DNA of 64,000 bases from Malacoraja senta (Eukaryota). Below, one piece after another: positions 39,990 through 53,668 of the stretch; position 1 is the first letter of the stretch, and the number at the start of each line of letters is the position of its first letter. Under the pieces are notes generated by a model. The model did no database searches and was not told where the DNA came from. It worked only from the letters and a program-made list of their open reading frames with translations. The DNA is taken from assembly GCA_038087875.1 (NCBI GenBank), contig CM075993.1, positions 12,030,001 through 12,094,000 of the forward strand. Reading direction: 5' to 3'. The position numbers and the translations under genes were made by a program.

Positions 39990-41640
39990 AGCACTTTTAA
40001 TACCATTACACCATCCAAGCTCATCACCAAACACGCGGGACTTGGTGTCAGCACTCATCTCTGCAACTGGATCCTCGACTTCCTGACCGACCAACAGACT
40101 CCAATCAGTGAGGATAGGGGACAAACTATCCTCTATGATAATCCTCAACACTGCTGCTCCCTTCTTTACTCCTTGTACACCCACCACTGTGCAGCTATGC
40201 ACAAATCTAATTCAATTTTCAAATTTGCAGACGACACCACCATTGTGGGCCGGATATCAAATAATGATGAGACGCAATAAGAGGAAGGAGATCGAGAACC
40301 TCGTGTTGTTGTGTTGAGACAATAACCTTTCTCTCAATGTCAGCAAGACAAAGGAGATAGTGATCCACACATTTAACTCCTCCCACCTAGCTTACTGCAA
40401 CTCCCTTTACACTGGCATCAGCCAATCTTCCCTGTCCCGCCTGCAACTGGTCCAAAACGCCGCAGCAAGACTCCTGACGGGCACCCGAAAAAGGGACCAC
40501 ATCACCCCGATCCTGGCCTCTCTCCACTGGCTCCCTGTGCGGTTCCGTATACATTTCAAGATCCTCCTCTATGTCTACAAAGCCCTCAATGGGCTTGCCC
40601 CCACCTACATTAAAAGTCTTCTTACCCACCACTCCACCTCCAGGTCCCTCAGATCGGCTGACTTGGGGTTGCTAAATATCCCGCGGTCTAGGCATAAGCT
40701 CAGGGGCGACCGCGCCTTTGCGGTTGCAGCTCCTAGACTGTGGAACAGCATCCCCCTTCCCATCAGAACTGCCCTCTCCATCGACTCCTTTAAGTCAAGA
40801 CTAAAAACTTATCTATACTCCCAAGCCTTTCTTGACTTCCTCTGAGCGAGAGCTATATGTATATTTGTATGTAGTTTGTTTGTTTATACTATTCTTATAA
40901 CAAATGTAAAGCACTTTGGCCAACGAGAGTTGTTTTTTAAATGTGCTATATAAATAAATGTGACATGACATGTGACTTCAGGAAGTGACGGTGCTGAAGT
41001 CGAGATGGTTGAAAGCTTCAAGTTCCGAGGAGTCAATATCACTAACAACTTCTCCTGGATCACCCATATGGAAGCAACGACCAAGAAAGCGCACCAACGC
41101 CTCGACTTCCTTAGAAGGCTTCGGAAGTTCGGCCTATCCCCTACACCTCTCACCAACTTCTACAGATGCATCATAGAAAGCATTTTGTCGGGATGCATCA
41201 CAGCTTGGTTTGGGAACAGCTCCATCCAAGACCGCAAGAAATTGTAGCGAATTGTGGACGCAGCCCAGACCATCACACAAACCAAACTCCTATTGACTCC
41301 ATCTACACCTCACGCTGCCTCGGCTAGGCCAGCAGCATAATCAAGGACGAGTTGCACCCTGGCTGCTCCCTCTTCTCCCCTCTCTCATCGGGCAAATGGT
41401 ATAGAAATGTGAAAACGCACACCTCCAGATTTAGGGACAGTTTTTTCCCAGCTGTTATCGGGCAACTGAATCATCCTACCACAACCAGAGAGCAGGGTTG
41501 AACTACTATCTACCTCTTTGGTGATCCTCAGACTATCCTTGATCCAACTTTACTGGCTTTACGTTCCACTAAATGTTATTCCCTTATCATGTAACTATAC
41601 ACTGTAAATGGCTCGATTGTGATCATGTATGGCAATGACG
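39990..41640 (+). mobile_element. Older Rex1/Babar fragment split by an L2 insertion
   Basis: ORFs 39906..40280 (KFADDTTIVG) and 40972..41247 join across KTKEIV|DFRK. Confidence 0.85.
40361..40972 (+). mobile_element. L2-clade LINE 3' end
   Basis: ORF 40360..40845 (YCNSL..LQLVQNAAARLL..HITPILASLHWLPV); TGTAAAGCACTTTG..GTGCTATATAAATAAA end; (ACATG)n tail. Confidence 0.9.
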
Positions 41641-42079
41641 TGACATGCTAAACTGAAACTGAAACTGTCAGAGATTTGCTGTTTCATTTGCATCTAGTAG
41701 TTACATGACTGTCAATCCATAGAATCTCAGTTGATCATCCTTCCACAACATCCTCCTTTCTCGTCGTTGGTTATCTTTCTTAAACCAATATTGTGACCAC
41801 ACCCCATTGCCACACATCGCCCTTTCCATCCTGCATTTAAATACTTAAATCAGGAACCTTAACCTGGGGATTTCTCTACCACAGAAAGTAGTTAAAGCCA
41901 AAATATTAAATATTTGAAAGAGATGTTAATATATACTTAGGTCTCGAGGAATTAAGGGACATGGGAAGAAAGGTGGAACAGGATAATGAATTTGGATGAG
42001 TTATGATCATACTGAATTAGCAAAGATAGTTTGAAGTGCCAAATGGCTGACTCTTTTAATCCGATGTTCTATATTTTCA

Positions 42080-43806
42080 TAGACAATAGACAATAGGAGT
42101 AGGCCATTCGGCCCTTCCAGCCAGCACCGCCATTCAATGTGATCATGGCTGATCATCCACAATCAGTACCCCGTTCCTGCCTTCTCCCCATATCCCCTGA
42201 CACTGCTATTTTTAAGAGCCCTATCTAGCTCTCTCTTGAAAGCATCCAGAGAACTTGCCTCCACCGCCCTCTGAGGCAGCGAATTCCACAGACTCTGTGA
42301 GAAAAAGTGTTTCCTCGTCTCCGTTGTAAATGGCTTATTCCTTATTCTTAAACTGTGGCCCCTGGTTCTGGACTCCCCCAACATCGGGAACATGTTTCCT
42401 GCCTCTAGCGTGTCCAAACCCTTAACAATCTTATATGTTTCAATGAGATATCCTCTCATCCTTCTAAACTCCAGAGTGTACAAGCCCAGCTGCTCCATTC
42501 TCAGCATATGACAGTACCGCCATCCCGAGAATTAACCTTGTAAACCTACGCTGCACTGCCTCAATAGCAAGAATGTCCTTCCTCAAATTAGGGGACCAAA
42601 ACTGCACAAAATACTCCAGGTGTGGTCTCACTAAGGCTCTGTACAACTGCAGAAGGACCTCTTTGCTCCTATATTTGATTCCTCTTGTTATAAAGGCCAA
42701 CATGCCATTCGCTTTCTTCACTGTACCTGCATGCTTACTTTCATAGACTGATGAACAAGGCTCCCAGATCCCGTTGTACTTCCCCTTTTCCCAACTTGAC
42801 GCCACTTAGATAGTAATCTGCCTTCTTGTTTTTGCTACCAAAGTGGATAACCTCACATTTATCCACATTAAACCATGCATCTGCCCACTCCCCCAACCTG
42901 TCCAAGTCACCCTGCATTCTCATAGCATCCTCCTCACAGTTCACACTGCCACCCAGCTTTGTGTCATCTGCAAATTTGCTAATGTTACTTTGAATCCCTT
43001 CATTTAAATCATTGATGTATATTGTAAATAGCTGCGGTCCCAGCACCGAGCCTTGCGGTACCCCACTAGTCACTGCCTGCCATTCTGAAAGGGACCCGTT
43101 AATCCCTACTCTTTGTTTTCTGTCTGCCAACCACTTCTCTATCAATGTCAGCACTCTACCCCCAATACCATGTGCCCTCATTTTGCCCACTAATCTCCTA
43201 TGTGGGACCTTATCAAATGCTTTCTGAAATTCCAGGCACACTACATCCACTGGCTCTCCCTTGTCCATTTTCCTAGTTACATCTTCAAAGAATTCCAGAA
43301 GATTAGTCAAGCATGATTTCCCCTTCGTAAATCCAAGCTGATTCGGACCGATCCTGTTCCTGCTATCCAAATGTTCGGCTATTTCATCTTTTATAATTGA
43401 CTCCAGCATCTTCCCCACCACCGATGTCAGGCTAACTGGTCTATAATTCCCTGTTTTCTCTCTCTCACCTTTCTTAAAAAGTGGGATAAGATTAGTTACC
43501 CTCCAATCCACAGGAACTGATCCTGAGTCTATAGAACATTGGAAAATGATCACCAATGCATCCACGATTTCTAAAGCCACTTCCTTAAGTACCCTGCGAT
43601 GCATGCCCTGGAGATTTACCAGCCTTCAGTCCCATCAGTCTATCCAACACCATTTCCTGCCTAATGTGGATTTCCTTCAGTTCCTCCGTTACCCCAGATC
43701 CTCTGGCCACTATTATATCAGGAAGATTGTTTGTGTCCTCCTTAGTGAAGACAGATCCAAAGTACCTGTTCAACTCATCTGCCATTTCCTTGTTCCCCAT
43801 AATAAA
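42080..43806 (-). mobile_element. CR1-clade LINE fragment
   Basis: ORFs 42741..43604 and neighbours, frameshifted RT. Confidence 0.93.
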
Positions 43807-43949
43807 TTAGTATGCTTATAAAACACATGTGGATTTTCATTATTTTGCCTGTCAATGATATTTCATCTTTTGTAAGGCTTCTTATATTTTATGGATTAAC
43901 ACAACAGATGGAGATTGCCCAATCAGTACTGGGGTAATGGTATCCCACA

Positions 43950-44045
43950 GGTAGACACAAAAAGCTGGAGTAACTTAGCGGGACAGGCAGCATCTCTGGA
44001 GAGAAGGAACGGGTGACGTTTGGGTCAAGACCCTTCTTCAAACTG
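43950..44045 (-). mobile_element. 96-bp hammerhead-derived short retroelement with 13-bp TSD
   Basis: ATGGTATCCCACA (43937-49) / ATGCTATCCCACA (44046-58); ribozyme core mutated. Confidence 0.78.
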
Positions 44046-44704
44046 ATGCTATCCCACACTAGTGATAAACAGTGAACATGCAAAACATGCACATTTTTTG
44101 TTTTAAGTATTTTCTATTTTATTCTAAGAAAGCATTCCTTTTGATTGATTGATTGAAAGATGCAATGTGGAAACAGGCCCTTCTGCCTACCGATTCCATG
44201 CTGAACAACGATCATCCATTCACACTAGCTGTATGTCATCTTACTTTTGCATCCATCACTACACATTAGGGGCAATTTATAGAGGTGAAAACCCTCCCTC
44301 CTTTGATACGAGAAGAAACCAGAGGAACTCCATGATTTCACAGGGAGAACGTGCAAACTCCACATCGACAGCAACCAAGGTTAGGGTCAAACCCGGGTAT
44401 CTGGCACCGCTACCAGCTGCACCACTGTGCCGCCCTCTAATTTTGTGCAGTTACATCAAAAATATAAGCTGCAATGCCATCCAGGTACAGTAAAATCAAT
44501 CTGAAATTAATTTCACACACAACAAAGAAAGTTATACCGTGTTGACATTAGTTGAGCAAACATTGGGAGGTGGCCACTTATTCTCTGTATTCATATTCCA
44601 TCCTTACTATGCAAGATACTAATAATGTGATTACCATTGCCAACTGAAAAGTCATGCTCAGAGGAATGCAAAACTGTACAAAGATGAAACTGCACTTTAC
44701 ATAC

Positions 44705-44747
44705 CTATTTGTCCAGCCTTGATTTTGAAAGGTACATCAAAATCACT
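44705..44747 (-). CDS. VPS13C: VPS13C exon 3 (SDFDVPFKIKAGQI/D)
   Basis: Polypyrimidine tract + AAACAG| acceptor, |GTATGT donor, 43 nt, phase 0->1. Confidence 0.95.
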
Positions 44748-45328
44748 CTGTTTGGGAAGAAAAAGGGAGGAAAGAAAACAGTAATTTTAGTACAATGAAA
44801 TGCACTATAGTTTAAAGTTACAATGCAGAAACAGGCCCTTCGGCCCACCAAGTCCGTGCTGACCAGTGATGCCGTACACTAGTACTATTCTACACACTAA
44901 GAACATGTTACAATTTTACTGAAGCTAATTAACCTAAAAATCTGTATGCCTTTGTGGAGTCTAGGGGGAAATCGGAGCACCAGGAGAAAACCCGCGCAGG
45001 TCAAGAGGAGAACGTACAAACTCCATTCAGAACGCACCCGTAGTCAGGATTGAACCTGGGTCTCTGGCGCTATAAGGCAGCAACTCCACTGCTGCGCCAT
45101 CGTGCATCAATAAAAAATTGATTCCAATACATAAAAGTGTCTTAGAGAACATTCCAGAACCTGCAAAAGCCTCACCCTCCCTAACTTGAGCTACATTAAC
45201 AAATCATATGCTTACTCAATTATAAACCCTTTTTCTGAACGACAGAATAGCTATAGTGCAGGAGGCAGCCATTCAGCCGATTGGCAGCAATGCTCCACCC
45301 CAGAGCAATTCACTCGTTTCAACATATC

Positions 45329-45553
45329 CCCACTTAGGAAACCTGAACGGAAACCTCTGGAGACTTTGCGCCCCACCCAAGGTTTCCGTACGGTTCCTGG
45401 AGGTTGCAGGTGGTTGCCGGAGGTTGCAGGTAGTGGAAGCAGGTAGGGAGACTGACAAAAACCTCCGGGAACCTCCGAGAACCGCACGGAAACCTTGGGT
45501 GGGGGCGCAAAGTCTCCAGAGGTTTACGTTCAGGTTTCCTAAGTGGGACAGGG
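45329..45553. mobile_element. Fold-back MITE, Harbinger-like ends (CCCACTTAGG...CCTAAGTGGGACAGGG)
   Basis: ~70-bp near-perfect inverted arms around a short spacer. Confidence 0.8.
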
Positions 45554-46140
45554 ACATACTCTTTGCCTTGCAAATTTTTTACGCTATTATCATCCTATTT
45601 CTTGATTAGTACAGGTGTCAGAGGTTATGGGGAGAAGGCAGAAGAATGGGGTTAGGAGAGAGAGATAGATCAGCCATGATTGAATGGCGGAGTAGACTTG
45701 ATGGGCCAAATGGCCTAATACTGCTCCTAATCCTTATGACCTTAATTTCATCAAAGGCCACACTGGAACCTGCATCCAGCACATTTGTAAGACCTGCACT
45801 CCAGGTTCCGATAGTGGTGTGTTAAAAAGCTTATTCTCATATAACTTGTAATTCCCTTTCCCTTTATTTGAACCTGTGACCTCCAGTCCTTGACCCCATC
45901 ACCAAACTAGAAAACACTCAGTTTAATGAAATCTATTTTATATATTTCCCTACATACTCATATACTTTCATCCACATTTGTGTTGGTAATCTGTCTGGTT
46001 GTACACGCCTACATTTCTAGAGTCCATCCATGTTTCTCCAGCTTAGAAACATAGAAAATAGGTGCAGGAGTAGGCCATTCGGCCCCTCGAGCCAGCACTA
46101 CCATTCAATATGATCATGGCTGATCATCCAAAATCAGTAG

Positions 46141-46997
46141 GCACACAAAAATGCTGGAGAAACTCAGCGGGTGCAGCAGCATCTATGGAGCGAAGGAAAT
46201 AGGCAACGTTTCGGGCCGAAACCCTTCTTCAGACTGATAGGGGGTGGGGAGAAGAAAGGAAAAAAGGCGGAGGAGGAGCCTGAGGGCTGGGGGAGGGGAG
46301 ACAACCAGAGGGCTGATGAAGGGGAGGGGACAGCAAGGGCTAGCAGAATTGGGAGAATTCAATGTTCAAGCCCCCAGGATGTAGACTGCCCAAGCGGAAT
46401 ATGAGGTGCATTTCCTCCAATTTCCGGTGTTGCTCGCTGTGGCCATGGAGGAGACCCAGGACAGAGACGTCAGATACGGAATGGGAGGGGGAGTTGAAGT
46501 GCTGAGCCACCGGGAGGTCAGGTTGGTTATTGCGGACCAACCGGAGGTGTTCGGCGAAACGATCGCCAAGCCTCCGCTTGGTCTCACCGATGTAGATCAG
46601 CTGGCATCTAGAGCAGCGGATGCAATAGATGAGGTTGGAGGAGATGCAGGTGAACCTCTGTCGCACCTGGAACGACTGCTTAGGTCCTTGAATGGAGTCG
46701 AGGGGGGAGGTGAAGGGACAAGTGTTGCATCTCTTGCGGTTGCAAGGGAAAGAACCCGGGGAGGGGGTGGTACGGGAGGGAAGGGAAGAATTGACAAGGG
46801 AGTTACGGAGGGAGCGGTCTTTGCGGAAGGCAGACATGGGGGGAGATGGGAAGATGTGGCGAGTGGTGGGGTCACGTTGGAGGTGGCGAAACTGACGGAG
46901 GATCACTTGTTGTATGTGACGGCTGGTGGGGTGAAAGGTGAGGACTAGGGGGACTCTGCCCTTGTTGTGAGTGGGGGGATGGGGAGAGAGAGAGAGA
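46141..46997 (-). mobile_element. Penelope-like element, 5'-truncated (GIY-YIG endonuclease + terminal repeat with hammerhead motif)
   Basis: ORF 46340..46906 SNLIYCIRCSRCQLIYIGETKRRLGDRFAEH; 15-bp TSD ATCCAAAATCAGTAG (46126-40 / 46998-47012) within a CR1 tail. Confidence 0.92.
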
Positions 46998-48416
46998 ATC
47001 CAAAATCAGTAGCCCGTTCTGGCTTTTCCCCATTTTCCATTAGCCCTAAGAGCTAAATCTATCTCTCGCAGTTTACAGTCCTTTCACCCATTTGGTCCTG
47101 GAATCTACTCCTCAAGCCCCACCACTTCCCCTCAGAACTCTACTTTGACCAAGCTATTGATCTTCATATCCAACATATCCTGCAATAAAACTGGAACAAT
47201 TTGCGTAGCCATTGATTCTACGTTACATCAGACAGCAGAGAAACAGGTGCTTTGGCCCAACTCGCCCATGATCTCCACCCTCAGATCCCCTCTAAATCCT
47301 TCCCCTCTTTAAACTTATCCCTCTGGTTTTAGACTCCCATAACCTGAAAAAAGGATTGTGACAATCCATCTTATCTATCCCCTTCATGGTTTTACAAAGT
47401 AAAGGTCACTTCACAACTTATTTTAGTCCAGTGAAAACAGTCCCGGTCTGTCGAGCCTCTCCTTATAGTTCAAGCCCTCCAGTCCCAGCAATATCCTTGT
47501 GAATCGTTTCTGCCTGCACTGGCTTAATCACACTTCCTATAGTGTGGCAACCAGACCTGCACACAACAGTCCAAGTGCAGACCCAGACGTCTTGTACAGC
47601 TGTAACATGGCATCCCCAACTCAGATATTCCCCACAGATGTCTGAACAATCCTCCCACAAGCTAGCGCATAACCCTGACCTTTCAACCCATCTTGTTGCA
47701 AACATTGGACTATTACTCTAGAACTGCAATGCTACAGTGCTGCAAAACTGTATTCTGCGGTCTTTGCTCAACCTGTTGTACTTTGTGGCTTCTGTAGCTA
47801 CATATAGAATGATCTGATTTTATTGGATAGCATGAAAACAAAAGCTTTTCATTGTGCCTTGGTGCCCGTGACAATAATAAACCAATAAATACATTTGAGT
47901 TATGGCCTGAGTAAGCACGGCTTCAACTGATATAATTTAATAACATCCATTTATGGAGCACCTTGAATGAAGAAAGATGCTATCAAGCAATTCCAGGAAC
48001 AGTGTCATCAAAGTGTACAAGAAAAAATTTGGTTTGATCATCAAAAGAGGCAGATCTTTGAAGGCATTTTAAAGACTGAAAAGAGGTCAATTAATTTTAG
48101 TAGGGAACTGCCTAGGGCCATGGAAATCAATGTGCTCATCGGAACGCTTAACGCACAGCTATAAAATAGACCAGACCTAGAAGTGCAAAGACAAAGGGTT
48201 ACAGGGCCACATTGGATATCTGTGCATGGGAGGGATTCGAAAAAAAACAGAGAGAAATGTAAACTCATGGCATTGCTTAACCAAGAGCCGCCAATTGACG
48301 TACATTCAGGTGATGAAATTGGATCAGAGATAGAAGAAAGGCAGAGTTTTGATACCCTCAAGCTCACGCAGAAAAAAACAAGAATGTTCTGCCAGAAATG
48401 CATTGGTTTTGGACAA

Positions 48417-48735
48417 GGGCAGCATGGTGGCGCAGTGATAGAGTTGCTGCCTTACAGCATGAGAGACCCGGGTTCGATTATGACTATGGATGCTTGTTTG
48501 TATGGAGTTTGCACGTTCTCCCCGTGACCTGTGTGGGTTTTCCTTGGGGAGCAGATTCTTCCCACACTCCAAAGACATGCAGGTTTGTAGGTTAATTGGA
48601 TTGGTAAAATTGTAAACAGTCCATAGTGTGTATGTGTGTCTGTAGGATAGTGTTAATGTGCAGGGATCGCTGGCTGGCGTGAACTTGGTGGGCCGAAGGG
48701 CCTGTTTCCGTGCTGTATCTCTACACTAAACTAAA
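48417..48735 (+). mobile_element. tRNA-derived V-SINE (HE1-like)
   Basis: Same tripartite structure. Further copies at ~2095-2245(+), 3170-3415(-), 16010-16318(-), 22190-22410(-), 22561-23168(+, interrupted), 44160-44435(-), 44808-45103(-), 51080-51310(-), 52395-52680(+), 52876-53206(-). Confidence 0.85.
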
Positions 48736-48923
48736 TAACAGAAGTATGGGTTATCTGTGACAGAAGCAGGCAGGCGATGATAGAGACAAAAATTGTAGAT
48801 AAAATTGTAGATAAAGTTGACTGAAGGTCATCTCGGGGTCAGATATGACTAACCATCAGGAAGAGCAAAGAAACCAGTTCCTAACAAACAAAGAATATAA
48901 CATTGGCTTGGGTCTTTCTGATA

Positions 48924-50546
48924 CAGTGCCCTCCATAATGTTTGGGACAAAGACCCATCATTTATTTATTTGCCTCTGTACTTCACAATTTGAGATTTGT
49001 ATTGGAATAAAATCACGTGGTTAAAGTGCACATTCTCAGATTTTATTAAAGGCCATTTTTATACATTTTGGTTTCACCATGTAGAAATTGCAGCTGTGTT
49101 TATACATAGTCCCTCCTCCATTTCAGGGCACCATAATGTTTGGGACACATGGTTTCACATGCGTTTGTAATTGCTCAGGTGTGTTTAATTGCCTCCTTAA
49201 TGCAGGTATAAGAGAGCTCTCAGCACCTGGTCTTTCCATCACCTTTGGAAACTTGTATTGCTGTTTATCAACATGAGGACCAAAGTTGTGCCAATGAAAG
49301 TCAAAGAAGCCATTATGAGTGAGAAACAAGAATAAAACTGTTAGAGACATCAGCCAAACCTTAGGCTTACCAAAATCAACTGTTTGGAACATTGTTAAGA
49401 AGAAAGAGAGCACTGGTGAGCTTACTAATTGCAAAGGGAGTGGCAGGGCAAGGAACACCTCTACAGCTGATGACAGAAGAATTCTCTCTTTAATAAAGTA
49501 AAATCCCCAAACACCTGTCCGACAGATCAGAAACATTCTTTAGGAGTCAGGAGTGGATTTGTCAATGACCACTGTCTGCAGAAGACTTCAAGAAATGCAG
49601 AGGATACACTGCAAGATGCAAACCACTGGTTAGTCGCAAAAATAGGATGGCCAGGTTAGTTTGCCAAGAAGTACTTAAAAGAGCAACCACAGTTCTGGAA
49701 AAAAAAGTCTTGTGGACAGATGAGATGAAGATTAACTTATATCAGAGTGATGGCAAGAGCAAAGTATGGAGGAGAGAAGGAACTGCCCAAGATCTAAAGC
49801 ATACCACCTCATCTGTGAAACACGGTGGTGGGGGTGTTATGGCCTGGGCATGTATGGCTGCTGAAGGTACTGGCTCACTTATCTTCATTGATGATACAAC
49901 TGCTGATGGTAGTAGCACAATGAATTCTGAAGTGTATAGACACATCCTATCTGCTCAAGTTCAAACAAATGTCTCAAAACTCATTGGCCGGCGGTTCATT
50001 CTACAGCAAGACAATGATCCCAAACATACTGCTAAAGCAACAAAGGAGTTTTTCAAAGCTTAAAAAATGGTCAATTCTTGAGTGACCAAGTCAATCACTC
50101 GATCTGAACCCAATTGAGCATGCCTTTTATATGCTGAAGAGAAAACTGAAGGGGACTAGCCCCCAAAACAAGCATAAGCTAAAGATGGCTGCAATACAGG
50201 CCTGGCAGATCATCACCAGAAAATACACCCAGCAACTGGTGATGTCCATGAATCGCAGACTTCAAGCAGTCATTGTATGCAAAGGATATGCAACAAAATA
50301 CTAAACATGACTACTTTCAATTACATGATATTGATGTGGCCAAAACATTATGGTGGCCTGAAATGGGAAAACACTGCTGTAATTTCTACATGGTGAAACC
50401 AAAATGTATAAAAATGGCCTTTATTAAAATCTGACAATGTGCACTTTAACCACATGTGATTTTTCTATTACAAATCTCAAATTGTGGAGTACAGAGGCAA
50501 ATAAATAAAAGATAGGTCTTTGTCCCAAACATTATGGAGGGCACTG
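48924..50546 (+). mobile_element. Full-length Tc1/mariner DNA transposon (IR/DR type) with decayed transposase
   Basis: TA|CAGTGCCCTCCATAATGTTTGGGACAAAGAC left end and its reverse complement at the right end; ~200-bp TIRs with an internal repeat of the terminal motif (~49123 and ~50340). Confidence 0.95.
49273..50304 (+). pseudogene. Tc1 transposase pseudogene (DD34E-type)
   Basis: HTH region (VRDISQTLGLPKSTVWNIVKK), VLWTDEMK, VKHGGGGVMAW, QQDNDPKH, DLNPIEH and KGYATKY* end; several frameshifts and stops. Confidence 0.92.
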
Positions 50547-50780
50547 CAATTGTCTATCATAGATAGATATGCATCAATTCACAAAGCAATATTTACATTG
50601 GCTGAATTTAGGCATCTAACAACCCCTCTAAGAATGAACACAAGACAATGCGCACACTGACACTGACTATACATTCTGTACAATAACAAATTTAAAGCAG
50701 TACAAATCCCTTGACCTATACGGGGGTTGAAGCAGAATCAAAATGATGTAAAGGTTAATACTACATGATTCAACACTTAC

Positions 50781-50824
50781 CAGTGCATTTTCTTTGATTC
50801 TCAGATTGTCAAGCACCACGTTTC
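50781..50824 (-). CDS. VPS13C: VPS13C exon 2 (GNVVLDNLRIKENAL)
   Basis: TTACAG| acceptor, |GTAAGT donor, 44 nt, phase 1->0, continues the exon 1 frame. Confidence 0.95.
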
Positions 50825-51475
50825 CTGTAACCAAATCATTAGAAAGGTTTCACAAACTGTACAATTGCATAAGCTAAATAAGCAATTCTCTCCCTTAATT
50901 ACAGATATCAAGACAAATATTTGTAATTTCAAAGGACATTTGAATAAGCTCCAGAGGAAAGTCTGCAGCAACATTATTAAAACGGTATTCAATCTTTTGG
51001 AGATATGCAGCAAAAAAAATATCATAGAAAACATACAGTTCTGACTCGGGATTTCCACCAGAAACATTCACTTTAGACTTTCGAGATGCAATGTGGAACA
51101 GACTCATTGGCCCACTGAGTCACTGCTGATTAACAACTAGTACTATCCTACAAACTAGGGACAATTTACAATTTACAGAAACTAATTAACCTACAAACCT
51201 GTACGTCTTTGGAGTGTAGGAAGAAACCCAGAGAAAACCCAGAGAGTGGTCATGGAGAGAATGTACATACTCCGTACAGACAGCACCCATAGTCAGGATC
51301 GAACTCGGGTTACTGGTTAATGTGGGTAAGAGGAAAGTTATCCATTATCGTGCAAAGAGTGAAGACTTTTTTTAAAATACATTGCGACAGGACAGATAAT
51401 GTCGATGTTTAAAGGACCCTAGATGTGCTCGTGCACATATCACGGAAAACCAACATGCAGGTATAGCAAGCAATT

Positions 51476-51605
51476 TGTCTGAAGAAGCGTCTCGACCCAA
51501 AACGTCACCCATTCCTTCTCCAGAGATGCTGCCTGACCCGCTGAGTTACTCCACCTTTTTGTGTCTATCTTCGGTTTAAACCAGCATCTGCAGTTCCTTC
51601 CTGCA
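51476..51605 (+). mobile_element. 130-bp hammerhead-derived short retroelement
   Basis: Starts TGTCTGAAGAAG; possible CAATT TSD; same body as the 13517 copy. Confidence 0.75.
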
Positions 51606-53668
51606 CAATTAACAACACACGTTCAGGTGGAAACTCTCCAGTTCGCCATCCCTGGGATGAGACCAGTGCCAGACCTCAAAAAAACAGGAGCACAGAAATT
51701 GCCCCCAGTAATTTTCCTCTGAGCAGAGGAAGCATTATTTTAAGGACAGACCACCCTTGGGCCACGTAAGGGTTCTGTGAACTGTCTGTACCCAAAGGTT
51801 TTTTTAAGTTGGAAATACTGTCAGCTGAGTTTGGAAAGTTGCACTGGTGAGTTAAGTCTGAAACTAAGCCTTAGTGCGACCACACCTTGGAGTTTGTGCA
51901 CTTTAATTCTCTTTACAAAGAAGCAATATTTGCACAGAGGGAGTGCAGGAAAGATTTAATTGATAAGGTTTAGGGGTGGCAAGTTGAGAGTATAAACGTT
52001 TGTGTAAACTAGGCTTGTATTCTCTTGAAGGTAGACACAAAATGCTAGAGTAACTCAGCAGGTGAAGCAGCATCTCTGGAGAGAAGGAATGGGTGACGTT
52101 TCGGCTTGACACCCTTCTTCAGACTGTTCTGTTGACTTTAGTTTAGAGATACAGCATGGAAACAGGGCCTTCAGTACACAGAGTCCACACCAACCATCAA
52201 CACTAGTTCTATGGTATCCCTATTTTTCATCCACTCCCTACACACTTGGAACACTTTACAGAAGCAAATTAGAAAAATGACAGAAGTGCTCTATGAAATA
52301 TAAAAATTATTATGGGGCTAAACAGGCAAGATGAAAAGTGGGTGTTTTCCTTGAGTGCGGAGCATGGAAACGAGGGTCACAGTCTCACACCAGGACATGC
52401 ACAGTAGCGCAGTAGTAGAGCTGCTGCCTTACAGCGCCAGACATCTGTGCTTACTTACACCTGTGCAAAGTCTGCACTCTCTCCCTGTGACCATGTGGGT
52501 TTTCTCCATGTGTTCGTTTTCCACCCACATCCCACAGGCATGCAGGTTTGTACGTTAAGTGGCCTCTGTAAAGTACCCTGAGTGTGTGGAATGCAAAAGT
52601 GGGATAACATAGAATTAGTGTACAGGTGATTGATGGTTGCCGTGGTCTTGTTTCCTAAACTATATCTCTAAAGTAAACTGAGAGATGAGTAGAAATAACT
52701 TTACAGAGAGAGTGGCATATCTTTGGAATTCTCCACCCAGGAGGCCTGAGAAGACCCACCATTTAAAAAAAAGCCATCACAACAGGAAATAAGAGCAGGA
52801 ATCGGTGCTGCCATTTGGCTGATTCCACCTAAGTGACATTGTCCTGCACGGACTACATATCCTTTGATTTCCCTTAGTTTTAGTTTAAACTTTAGAGATA
52901 CAGTATGGAAACAGGCCCTTTGGCTCACATCCATGCTGATCATCGATCACCGTTCCTACTAGTTCTATGTATCCCACTTTCTCATCCACTCCTTACACAA
53001 AAGGGGCAATTAACCTACAAACACCAATTAACCTACAAACCCACACGTCTTTGGGATGTGTGAAGAAACCGGAGAACGGGGAAGAAACCTTCACGGTCAC
53101 AGGGAAACCAGGCAAACTCCACACAGACAGCAGGAGAGGCCAGGATTGAACCTGGGTCTCTGGCGCTGTGAGGCAGCAACTAATACAATCTGCGCCACTG
53201 TGCCACACTTAATTTTAGGATATTAACAAACGTTGGTGCAGGGAAATGGTACTGACAAATGACCTTGACAAATGGCAGTGCGTTACAGTTCAGCAGAAAT
53301 AGAAATGGATTAGTGTGAGAGAGTGTTTAGCAGGGAATCAATGGGCCAAAGGGCCTGGTTCCATCCTGTGTGACTCTATGAACATAAGAGCAGGAATGTG
53401 CTTCTGCCATTACACTGGGCCTGGATCATCATGTGTTGTTATAATTTCTATTGTTAGGTACAGCATGCCACCGATCCATTCCTGGGATGAGATGTGTGGG
53501 ATGGAACTGCAGATGCTGGTTGATACTGTACAAAAATGCTGGAGTAACTCAGCTGGTCAGGCAGCATCTCTGGAGGAAATTAATATGTGACGTTCTGGGT
53601 CTTTTTCACACTATTCCTGTCCTCCAGAGATGCTGTCTGGCCTGCTGAGTTACTCCAGCATTTTGTGT

